A program made the position numbers and the translations under genes. The notes beneath the pieces are model-generated. The model was not told where the DNA came from, did no database searches, and saw nothing but the letters and a program-made list of their open reading frames with translations. A DNA stretch of 64,000 nucleotides, taken from the IMG/VR virus record IMGVR_UViG_3300044713_000194, positions 43,637 to 107,636 of that record, one strand, 5' to 3'. Positions 22,701 to 28,191 of the stretch are shown piece after piece. How positions within the stretch are numbered: position 1 is the stretch's first letter; every line of letters starts with the position of its first letter. The stretch comes from a virus.

Positions 22701-22993
22701 GCCGGATAGGTTTTAGGGTCGAGGTAGTACCGCTGGCTGTAATCAAGCAGGGTATCCCCATCAAAGGTGTTGCTTACGTCGGCGCGGACGGTGTAAACCC
22801 ACCCGTGGAAGCCAGCATGTGCTCGTGCAAAGCCTAGATCGGGTGTGAGAAAGATCGGCTGCTCTGCGATCTCCCGGGTAACGCCCCCCTTTGACGTGGT
22901 CTTGAACTGGTCGAAGCGATGGTGCGAGCCGTGGTACCACGTCCGTGCTGCCGCATCGTTACCAGGTTTTGGAAGCAGCCGGTCCAATCGCAA
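13718..22993 (-). CDS. Giant polyvalent multidomain protein: several ADP-ribosyltransferase-like domains, 2 GNAT, 2H phosphoesterase (Acb1-like), ParB-like, HExxH zincin/SprT-like and papain-like modules
   Basis: YHGS/YHGT/YHIT ART motifs; YRG..SWS..QAE; YQRQGIA and WRGTGLG GNAT motifs; HVT/HCT pair; LDGNHRL; HERTH and HELAH. Confidence 0.85.
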   Translation of the reverse strand: MRLDRLLPKPGNDAAARTWYHGSHHRFDQFKTTSKGGVTREIAEQPIFLTPDLGFARAHAGFHGWVYTVRADVSNTFDGDTLLDYSQRYYLDPKTYPALGKKVYDAICADEIWPDGSEDPEGYMKALAQRNWDATQSPEFVRWMKANGYDSFLETGEGHVNLGVFDPSKLEILAVVPAEETKKSASALDHDIRESKECGVFAVALGLLNPGAKVYALSNPDGKAWDDGIPYEITHAFCRVPGQGDFDVKGKRTLDEMAHDFGMAPGQYDLKGPWLPEEFRRDFIGNHERFPLYGTMREIRSMMKEIKKSGRFPVGESKTASVITPGQASRIGYHITPARNLKRIMTEGLVPKQGPRSRALGEPLGAIYLFRDVEAVETALDNWLGEQFGEETRLALLKVSVPSDAQLLKTTADYELVVGTTIPPSNISVVTRDVDAGIPKEASTTESKESLQYGITRRPNGFDLAAFDMDSDDEDGIPRVGLLQIDYRNPGSATVMAVDVKGNYQRQGIALKLYQMAKKELKARGVHLLRGALEGSGPLQIREKVFGPGNTRYLIGGEEVPVAKAKKIMDVDYGRLLAETKIAAVKTPGAPVTGSPAFKAWFSGSQIVDAEGNVGTFDPESNKVTAAVEAPAESTTRLYYHGTTWAAAEKIAQEGIKAGHGKNPRYPKKYVWCTTLPGFAYEYGKSISWHELDKPGESAVVTFEWAGESQPDPEHKKQGDCYRRIEADIPRSAIKSIKWFENGKAVKTAATAPAAPPEREVAKPQSAGPVTDTSAFITWFNGSQIVDSEGNPLPVIHGTDAEFDTFDRAKSQSGPSKFGFWFTTDPNLSELFGKNQMEVYLRMRRPYKITSSRWNEIRDLHAKDTAWFERWRENLKSKGFDGLWVAGEKFISSSGIDLSDPSVFAVFEPNQIKSVNNSGKFDENRHSVYASLPKIDSDAEWAKKGLERARDWIADEAKHGAVSDDQFARLISAALDYAVEVRYQGTPATVVASGTLKFRVGGAYNAMGTGTDPILLKLSPGLGSYLGDAAANGTSWWDDFVKQATGVLVHERTHALQFDRWRTDKGKKDPSGQAYEKTLEKFDKGYHTPQSEQASPYGDVTKYLGNEVEIAAFARQAVHDFRESGMEDREVYIWIRRKGGWDILSRKSNAFQSYYRIYLFNPTVGAPIFRKFLTNVVRALKEDETAPISREDFELGEELAPSHFSDKPNRWNLNRRKGPKAAAFDDDGTPKTKYDKVCYEIANDDDLWNLITSYVQHPDILSESPLTDKLVALIKTVPTLTPNPWAADPEDKCLYRGEPYYSGADSYYHDGKAVWTGSHFPLLSWSANYKTAAGFADGPNGIVWKTVGKVQGVALESLVTWRMRVRQGESHYSGMQAEWFVLSNCKAVEARRPQHYASKQAELKQPPTPISELELRITNDGPMFDLVAELRNEPAEIRHVGGCSVYRTRYDGQKAFRLRYIGVDSKWRGTGLGQILYDKAIAEAKKRGAKFFLSDDQRQPTDERAWDHLKQRYPVSFDERLNRYVIPLDATQKRANAPAKVSYGTVQADLPEDSAANEAIEEVRDQIDVTDLAGMGARVGKNHVTVRYGVKFEDTSAIEAYLGTVPPMQAKLGSTASFPPSESSDNAAVIIAPVECPELFEVNDYLGRQGDRTNGHWFTEPNFDYKPHCTIAYVKPGAEAKYVGLDTTKGKSFTIREVTVITPSKERKVITLNGTIAKTADGPTQDQDWMGQPGDITETQAFKAWFAGSKVVDDHRRPLRVYHGTNAYFDTFDPDKGERASDSPVDNIAGVSWFASNPEVATYFGGWRDGARLMPVYLALKDPRIVDLAKMPDEFRGEYFNLRNKTVYDIRYVKGREIESAKKQGNDGVIFENGYDGTPASGNIYAVFSANQIKSAIGNNGDFNPEKASITASKNKIYYHSTGVADVIRREGFRPSVGGELGPGVYVSEQPMHPHFKKHENHQILSLSIGDVRLLTINAESPNTPLAILEKLYGRKKGAEFYDTHRAEIWSDPRGEPNWAFLDRIIQETGFGGIKAEGSITPRNIVIFDPKQVHVLDVPSIESPASEPKLAASKKAGRRLGEIFAIATTETLPLTDPQKFDFFNSTDKGKVTSLSKSLEEGRELSPILVAKRRNGHYLVLDGNHRLQAALNAKKAEIEAYVVTWADLKKVLNAYFDGEIPPEASELDDYILLNDENLEPYSKRAHIAAEQVNWRPILTELMAVLQPGLETPEVKIVNRPSAGWLGCDVWKFGQQQNGDPHGALNTTIELQKSIMSDENTVRRVLAHELAHHEDNLVNKWKELEEKGYKLFKIRQQYDFTKGHGPSWLAIAARFNAKYGEGFVTPHSDESYVVDESVIKPFFVLMHRYVNGKLMWAHASRLSPKMEKRITEIVEHKNPGSYRYKLFKTNDRFYLKSPTIGLSGSAYPQNEEQTAKVEKLWEEGEDIIGRYAPSSKVAAKKEPHEVPKTQYLSENQPCSVSMDLYGKLRGARNGQIIGTLGDFLQGKALRDLYRKALNVPIMALNKAVENGRVVDNKDYIFHGALGSYQGKMTIFMNPQSQDQMTTILEEGAHACRVSLGRQDPKQNFETITQEEHDSITGEQTAAKMVQHALELIKKHPTWDHASAMFKAIDKGIEPYAGWENDYPQLVTYRKKKQESPDGVVENLHPDADKTASIPNQLHIPDRPLTQEYDAIRRVYQWYGDNNVDSLPWARFQKQFQQIAQKYTPLLNEIRHNRPVVTREDLAQWLESYHETAAPDYEVSFDRYHAGENSFRDVEQLVLQINQGANAESILAEDPVLEQYVDMVRQSSTMSGHPSGDKTVGWLRVDFVNEHYLLVDEVQTDLVNSVTQAKAIVESRTFAEFMEKVQSEKIREAIREKGIDAARFTQVRRSFIAQGYTAEKLDEIKDKLTHLFKDWASHALSTLLEIARRHGIKHVALHTVDSIAARDQAVEPGKVKMYYDNLAKSFGFKQQDLNAGPLKGKFWVRTASHLPEDDVRRIADKSPEYGEEGAKMAASKEISAQLRAIDKVNPEFGEKIAAALNASPWKRYYTFSVETLADGTYLMVDKRFRQSDMLGIVNWMSGFSAGLAAK

Positions 22994-23147
22994 TCTCCAG
23001 GGGCATAACGGTTAATACTTCGGCGTGGTTGTGAAGTCTCCCCAAATGCCCCACTAAAGAGCCAAAAAGTCTTATGCGATCAAGGCGCAGGGTTTACAGA
23101 CCACTTCGATATGTCCATAGAGGGGTTTAAAAGTCAGTTTCCCGGCG

Positions 23148-24002
23148 TCATCCGAGAATCCATCTGTTTTGTCTCAATCCAGACGAGCAGGGGCGGTTAG
23201 CGGTGAGGTTGACGGCCCACTCCTGAAACTCGGATTTGTAGGACTCGGCCAGGGATTGGTACGTGGCCGATTTGTTGATGTCGAGCGAAACGCCGTTGAG
23301 GGAGTAGCCAAATTCCTCCTCGGCCCATCGGGCTGCTTCTTTGCCCAGGCAATGGCCCGCCGCGCCGACTGCCGCCGCATCGGCCCATACGTCGGGGGCG
23401 TTCTCCAGCCTGTATTCGGTCCAGTTCATCGGGTTCCAAGTATTCAACTGGCTAATGGACAGGCGGAGCATGCGAGTTATGGTTGAATCGGTCCAGATGT
23501 AGCCGACCCGTGTGTTGAATCCCGCGACGACTTTACCCGGCGTCGGCGGACGGAAGTGATAATTACGGTCCGGGTTCTCATCGGAAAGAAGCTCGCGGAC
23601 TGTCATGATGTGGCGAGCAATCTTGGGGCTGAGGCCCGGCTTAGAGGTCATCAGAACGGAGGGCGCTTCAAAACTCGTCTGCGCGGGATCTATACGAACG
23701 ACTTCGAACTCTTCGTACACCTGACGCTCTTGATCGTTGGGGTACTGAACGACGTACCAGACCAGGTCGTATCTGCCGTCCCAATTTGAAGGGATCGTGA
23801 GATTGACGTAGTAGGTGCCGTTCCCGGCGCGAGCCGGTACCTGCTTGGGCGGACTGGCCAACGTGCGGACATTGGTAGCCGGGTCAACCGAAAAAATTGA
23901 GTAGGAAATGTAAGCGGGATCGACGAAGTAGCCGCGCTCATCGCGTAAATTGATGCCCAGATCGCCTGGGGCCAGGGTCTTGCCTTGGTTGATAACAATC
24001 AT
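23148..24002 (-). CDS. Putative virion structural protein (Ig-like N-terminus, head-tail adaptor-like C-terminus)
   Basis: AGGAG RBS; 284 aa; position in the late-strand block. Confidence 0.55.
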   Translation of the reverse strand: MIVINQGKTLAPGDLGINLRDERGYFVDPAYISYSIFSVDPATNVRTLASPPKQVPARAGNGTYYVNLTIPSNWDGRYDLVWYVVQYPNDQERQVYEEFEVVRIDPAQTSFEAPSVLMTSKPGLSPKIARHIMTVRELLSDENPDRNYHFRPPTPGKVVAGFNTRVGYIWTDSTITRMLRLSISQLNTWNPMNWTEYRLENAPDVWADAAAVGAAGHCLGKEAARWAEEEFGYSLNGVSLDINKSATYQSLAESYKSEFQEWAVNLTANRPCSSGLRQNRWILG

Positions 24003-24111
24003 TCCGGCTCCTAGGAGAATCGGGGGAAGCCCTGCCGGGGGCGCTAAATCCCCGGCCCGGACATCCCCTACAAAGGGCCTGATAGCCGAAATAAAGAATT
24101 TTGCGCGATCC

Positions 24112-24142
24112 TCGCAACTTTCACGCGTAGATTACGTCCAAG
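24112..24142 (+). promoter_or_regulatory. tRNA-operon promoter 1 (ECF-sigma-like GCAAC-N16-CGTC)
   Basis: TCGCAACTTT-N9-ATTACGTCCAAG; both boxes identical in the three copies, each upstream of a leader ORF. Confidence 0.85.
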
Positions 24143-24147
24143 GAGAT

Positions 24148-24252
24148 GTGAAACATTTATTGTCGAGTTCGCTATCCCTCTCATCGCTGTGCTATTTGCT
24201 CAGCGGTACGGGTTCGCGTGCTGGAAAGCGGGACGGTTACGATTACTACTAA
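24148..24252 (+). CDS. Attenuator leader peptide 1, MKHLLSSSLSLSSLCYLLSGTGSRAGKRDGYDYY
   Basis: AAGGAG RBS and GTG start; contains TTA, TTG, CTA, CTC, CTG, TCG, TCC, TCA, AGT/AGC, TGC and TAT/TAC, matching all 11 downstream tRNAs. Confidence 0.85.
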   Translation: MKHLLSSSLSLSSLCYLLSGTGSRAGKRDGYDYY

Positions 24253-24277
24253 CCACCGCTGACAAGCAGGAAACGCG

Positions 24278-24308
24278 AACCCCACCAGAAATGGTGGGGT
24301 TTTGCTTT
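24278..24308 (+). terminator. Attenuator terminator 1
   Basis: AACCCCACCA-GAAA-TGGTGGGGTT then TTGCTTT. The 5' arm region ACGCGAACCC (24273-24282) is complementary to leader GGGTTCGCGT (24210-24219). Confidence 0.88.
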
Positions 24309-24310
24309 GT

Positions 24311-24396
24311 GCGGGCATGGCTGGAATTGGCAGACGCGACGGTCCCAAACACCGTTGTCCCTGGACGTGGGGGTTCGACTCCCTCTGCCCGCACCA
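24311..24396 (+). tRNA. tRNA-Leu(CAA)
   Basis: Cloverleaf, long variable arm, CCA end; loop CC-CAA-AC (C33). Confidence 0.88.
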
Positions 24397-24411
24397 ACAT
24401 ATTTAGTACGT

Positions 24412-24500
24412 GCACACGTGGGTGAGCGGCTAAAACCACCTGTCTGTAAAACAGGCGCTCCATGCGGGCTACGCAGGTTCAAATCCTGCCGGGTGCACCA
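24412..24500 (+). tRNA. tRNA-Tyr(GTA)
   Basis: CCTGT-CTGTAAA-ACAGG arm, long variable arm, CCA. Confidence 0.92.
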
Positions 24501-24518
24501 GGTTTTGTTTTGCAATGA

Positions 24519-24593
24519 GTGTCGGAACCTAATCGGCTAAGGAATGGTCTGCAAAACCATATTTGGCGGGTTCGACTCCCGCTCGACACTCCA
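24519..24593 (+). tRNA. tRNA-Cys(GCA)
   Basis: ATGGT-CTGCAAA-ACCAT arm, U73, CCA. Confidence 0.9.
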
Positions 24594-24613
24594 TTAGTTT
24601 TGATTTGAAATGT

Positions 24614-24698
24614 CGGGACGTGGCGGAATTGGTAGACGCGCAGGCTTGAGGTGCCTGTGTCCTTGGACGTAAGGGTTCGACTCCCTTCGTCCCGACCA
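24614..24698 (+). tRNA. tRNA-Leu(GAG)
   Basis: CAGGC-TTGAGGT-GCCTG arm, CCA. Confidence 0.93.
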
Positions 24699-24704
24699 TC
24701 GAGA

Positions 24705-24816
24705 TTGTGTACTGATCCTCGTGAAACGAGGCGCTGGCCGAACCCCCAGTGGACTGGACGAGAGTTGTGGCAGGCGAATTGACGCCAAGACGTTAGCGTA
24801 CTCCGGTCGTACACAA
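24705..24816 (+). ncRNA. Candidate structured ncRNA between two Leu tRNAs
   Basis: TTGTGTAC/GTACACAA terminal stem enclosing several hairpins (CCTCGT-GAA-ACGAGG, CCAG-TGGA-CTGG, GGCG-AATTGA-CGCC). Confidence 0.5.
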
Positions 24817-24829
24817 AATTCAGTTATGT

Positions 24830-24918
24830 GCCCGCGTGGCGGAATTGGCAGACGCGCACGGTTCAGGTCCGTGAGGCCCTTCGGGGCCGTGGAGGTTCAA
24901 GTCCTCTCGTGGGCACCA
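24830..24918 (+). tRNA. tRNA-Leu(CAG)
   Basis: CACGG-TTCAGGT-CCGTG arm, long variable arm, CCA. Confidence 0.93.
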
Positions 24919-25026
24919 TGAGGTTCAAAGCGTTGAAACGTGAACTACGAGTTGTCAACTCACAAGTTGTCTAGTCATACATAGTCAAGTCGTACGTTGG
25001 TGCCTATGTATAGATAGTCGGGCCAT

Positions 25027-25115
25027 GGGGGCGTAGCAAAATGGCAAAGCGCCGGTCTTAGAAACCGGAGGAGGTAACCCCTTCATTGCGAGTTCGACTC
25101 TCGCCGCCCCCACCA
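25027..25115 (+). tRNA. tRNA-Leu(TAG)
   Basis: CCGGT-CTTAGAA-ACCGG arm, long variable arm, CCA. Confidence 0.9.
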
Positions 25116-25267
25116 CAAGTTCATGCTGTCGCGCGATCGCAAGTGTTTCGTGCGTCCACAAGCAAATAGTGTTGTGCGATTGCAAGCTTTTCATGTTGTG
25201 CGTTGGTTAGCTTTTAGCGTCAAGGTCTGATGGTTTCGAGAAGAAATCCGACGGTACCTGACGACGA

Positions 25268-25345
25268 GCCCGAGTGAAGGGAAATGGCAGACCTCCCCGC
25301 CTTAAGATCGGGGGCTTGTCGGTTCGAAGCCGACCTCGGGCACCA
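25268..25345 (+). tRNA. tRNA-Leu(TAA), short variable loop
   Basis: Loop CT-TAA-GA; 78 nt; no long variable arm; A73-CCA. Confidence 0.82.
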
Positions 25346-25356
25346 AAATCTGAAAC

Positions 25357-25444
25357 GGTGAGTTGGGAGAGAGGCTGATTCCAGCGGATTGCTAATCCGC
25401 CGAGCCTTCGGGCTCCGCGAGTTCGAATCTCGCACTCACCGCCA
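25357..25444 (+). tRNA. tRNA-Ser(GCT)
   Basis: GCGGA-TTGCTAA-TCCGC arm, long variable arm, G73-CCA. Confidence 0.93.
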
Positions 25445-25554
25445 TATTTGCTGTGCAGCAAATATTACCGTTTAGGAGGCCTTGAGCCCTTAATCGGTAA
25501 AATGTTGCCTATTAACGAGGAATGTGTGAAGCTCCCGCCTCGTTAATGAATCAA

Positions 25555-25649
25555 GGTGTCGTGCGTGAGAGACTGAAACGACTCGCTTGGAAAGCGAGCA
25601 GCCCGGCTGAAACCCGGGCTCCTGGGTTTGAATCCCAGCGACACCGCCA
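25555..25649 (+). tRNA. tRNA-Ser(GGA)
   Basis: CTCGC-TTGGAAA-GCGAG arm, long variable arm, CCA. Confidence 0.9.
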
Positions 25650-25707
25650 ATTTGTCCCCATACATGGGGCGTTAATCGGCTTTAAAGGGCTATATATGGG
25701 TATTTAC

Positions 25708-25802
25708 GGTGGGGTGGCAGAGCCCGCTTTATTGCACCGGTCTCGAAAATCGGCGTGGCCGTGATCCGGCTACCGTGGGTTGAAATCCCACCCCCACCGC
25801 CA
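25708..25802 (+). tRNA. tRNA-Ser(CGA)
   Basis: CCGGT-CTCGAAA-ATCGG arm, long variable arm, CCA. Confidence 0.88.
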
Positions 25803-25853
25803 GCTTGGTGCACGAATCGTAGCTCAGCTACGACGTATAGAATCGTTTCAAAC

Positions 25854-25941
25854 GGAGGGCTGCCGGAGTGGTTTATCGGGCCGGTCTTGAAAACCGTTGA
25901 GCCTTCGGGCTCCGTGGGTTCGAATCCCACGCCCTCCTCCA
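25854..25941 (+). tRNA. tRNA-Ser(TGA)
   Basis: Loop CT-TGA-AA, long variable arm, CCA. Confidence 0.92.
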
Positions 25942-25943
25942 TC

Positions 25944-26231
25944 TCAGTTCGTGAGGCAGATGGCAATGACCGCCAGGATGAGCCCGACCCAACGCCTGGC
26001 GCTCATGGGCTCGTGGAAATATAGCGAGCCAAGTGTTACCCCGATGACTATTGTGCCCAAAGACCAAAGGATTGCAACGCGCCCGAACGCCGCGTCTCGA
26101 TAGAGGAACCAGGCCGGGATGGCCGACAGCGAATAAAGAGTCATTCCTAAAATGAAGCCGCGATTCTTCAGAACGCAATCCGCCCACTGCGCAATCAACA
26201 ACTGAACGATGAGATAGAAAGCGATCCACAT
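25944..26231 (-). CDS. Small multi-pass membrane protein (SMR/EamA-like)
   Basis: Four hydrophobic segments; FHEPMSARRWVGLILAVIAI C-terminus. Confidence 0.6.
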   Translation of the reverse strand: MWIAFYLIVQLLIAQWADCVLKNRGFILGMTLYSLSAIPAWFLYRDAAFGRVAILWSLGTIVIGVTLGSLYFHEPMSARRWVGLILAVIAICLTN

Positions 26232-26454
26232 TTCGGAAACTACCCGTCCCTTTTAACTTTGCGTATCGCCGGGCCGGTCTTCTCGCGGTCCTCACAGATC
26301 AACTCGTGGATTGTGCTGCCAGGCCCACAACAAGGCGCACAGTGGTCCATGCCGATCTCTCCATGACACGGACAGTGGCACTCGATCATGCATTGGCACG
26401 GAGGTCCAAGCAGCGAGTTGAATTCGAGACATCCTCGACTGAAGCACATAGGCG

Positions 26455-26775
26455 TTACTTTGACAGGTCGCCCGCGTTGTCTTCGAGCCCGGTTACGACC
26501 GTCGCGCGTTCAAGATCTCCGGCCTCCGCCTTGGCACCGTGATCGCTCTGGAAGATGTCGAGGAAGTGAGACATGAGCTTGCCCCAGAGCTTCCCTTCCG
26601 TCGCCGCGCGGGCACTGTGAGAGGAGATTGTTTCGTCTGGAGCGCCATTGAATATAACGACGTTGCAAAGCTGATCGAAGGCCACTAGAGCGCGGAGGAT
26701 GTAGTTCTCGCGTCCGGCCTGCTGTTCCTGGGTGGCGGTCTGCTGCGGTGAAAGCGGGGTGATTCCTGAATCCAT
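26455..26775 (-). CDS. Conserved-looking phage hypothetical protein
   Basis: DQLCNV...PDETISS...DH motif; GGAGG RBS. Confidence 0.65.
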   Translation of the reverse strand: MDSGITPLSPQQTATQEQQAGRENYILRALVAFDQLCNVVIFNGAPDETISSHSARAATEGKLWGKLMSHFLDIFQSDHGAKAEAGDLERATVVTGLEDNAGDLSK

Positions 26776-26814
26776 AGGACCCTCCGCTTAAGGGTCCAAA
26801 AGACCATCTTTAGT

Positions 26815-26851
26815 AATCCGGGTCGGCTGGGCGGATGCGGTATTACCCCTT
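26815..26851 (+). promoter_or_regulatory. Class B promoter-like motif (A/T)TCC(G/A)...GTATT(A/T)CC; about 12 copies in the window
   Basis: GTATT(A/T)CC-like box just upstream of gene starts near 4048, 33311, 35379, 41528, 44332, 45149, 46197, 50517, 61034 and 63307 (-) and 26839, 57515 (+). Five copies checked have an upstream TCC(G/A) box 21-22 nt before it. Confidence 0.65.
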
Positions 26852-27319
26852 ATGAGTATGACTGTCGAAGAGTTTAGGGAACGGATCGAACCCTGTTGGT
26901 CGGCGGCAACGTCCTTCTGGCCGGAGACCTGGACGGAGGAGAACCCGGCGCATGGTCAGTGTCTGGTCACTGCGCTCGTGGCTCGCGATGTCTTTGGTGG
27001 CTCGATCGTCTACGGCCACATATCCGGATTGGCCCACTACTGGAACTACTTGCCGCGTCTTGGGGAGATCGATTTCACCCGTTCACAGTTCGGACCCGGA
27101 CCGCATGAGATGGTGATCATTGGCATCACGACGCCCTCGGAGCGCGGCATGCTGCGGCGGCTGCCCGGGCCGCTCCTTTCAGATAAGCACTTTGCCGTCC
27201 TAAACGTCGATGGTGATCTGGAGCGTCGATACCTGCTTCTCAAGCGTCGCTACGCCTTCAATGGGGCTTATCCGCGCCAGAGAGACTTCAAGCCGTTCGG
27301 TGAACTGGCATGGGGCTGA
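26852..27319 (+). CDS. YunG-like protein
   Basis: NPAHGQCLVTALV...HYWN...IDFTRSQF. Confidence 0.7.
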   Translation: MSMTVEEFRERIEPCWSAATSFWPETWTEENPAHGQCLVTALVARDVFGGSIVYGHISGLAHYWNYLPRLGEIDFTRSQFGPGPHEMVIIGITTPSERGMLRRLPGPLLSDKHFAVLNVDGDLERRYLLLKRRYAFNGAYPRQRDFKPFGELAWG

Positions 27320-27711
27320 AGAACTTCAAAAGCGTTCTGTGGCTTGACGACAACCGGATGCCCCTGATACTCGGCATCGATTGGGTGAAGAACTACGATC
27401 AGTTTGTGTCGTATCTTGAGAACAAGGGCATTCCAGACCTGATCTGCTTCGATCATGACTTGGCGATTGAGCACTATCCGGTCTTCGAAAATCGGCCAGG
27501 GATGCAGGTTCCCTACGACAGCTACAAAGAGAAAACCGGCCTCCACGCCGCCCGCTATATCATTGAGCGCCGTCTTCCGCTGCGTCAGTGGTCGGTTCAT
27601 TCTATGAACGTCCAGGGCCGAATCAACATCGAGACCGAGCTTAGACGGTATTGCCCGCAAGGCGAACTTCGCGGGCTGCAACTGCCTTACCGTGTCATCT
27701 CCGGTAACTAG
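27310..27711 (+). CDS. Cyclic-phosphate-processing receiver-like domain protein
   Basis: LWLDD-R...DLICFDHDL...KTG...VHSMN motifs. Confidence 0.75.
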   Translation: MGLKNFKSVLWLDDNRMPLILGIDWVKNYDQFVSYLENKGIPDLICFDHDLAIEHYPVFENRPGMQVPYDSYKEKTGLHAARYIIERRLPLRQWSVHSMNVQGRINIETELRRYCPQGELRGLQLPYRVISGN

Positions 27712-28124
27712 GCAACCCCTCCGAACAACCTTCGATCATACACATCAGTTGTTCGGAGGTTTTACGTTGAAGCCTACGGCCCCCCATCCATATCCCGCCA
27801 ATCGATATACGGCAAAACCGGATGACCATTCACCGATCTCCAACGAAGTCTTACTGATAATGACCGAACGGAATGAGAGACATCGGTCCAAGCTCTTAAA
27901 AAGATCGTCCCCGGCCAGCCGCGTCGAACTTCGTAACATTCTGCGACAGGCCCTTGTGTTCGCTCGGGGCATGCTCTCCGAACTGGATCATCTCCCAGAC
28001 ACCATGAGGACCAACCGGAGAAAACCCCTCAGTTCGTAGTATACGCCGAGACCTTGACGACAATCCTGGTGTTGTCATTTACGGAAGCGATGACAACTTG
28101 TACGTTGTCAAGTCCGACAAAATA

Positions 28125-28149
28125 GAAGGCCCCGATCTCCGGGGCCTTC
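28125..28149. terminator. Intrinsic terminator hairpin between convergent genes
   Basis: GAAGGCCCCG-ATCTC-CGGGGCCTTC. Confidence 0.65.
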
Positions 28150-28191
28150 ATTAGGCACACCAAACGTTCCCTCGCAGGGAACGATTCGCGA

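Noticed and set aside
13718-22993. Inteins in the giant proteins
   Set aside because: No C-x-x-x-x-T/HN-C(S/T) splice motifs or LAGLIDADG blocks were seen.
24148-24308. T-box riboswitch as the explanation for terminators upstream of the tRNAs
   Set aside because: None of the three leaders shows a T-box consensus (GGTGGNACC) or a stem I. Each has an RBS and a codon-matched ORF instead.
24189-25966. ORFs overlapping tRNA genes (also 36670-37093, 43248-43519, 46540-47282 and the 5' extension of 44369-45025)
   Set aside because: They translate tRNA sequence and have no RBS or domain content.
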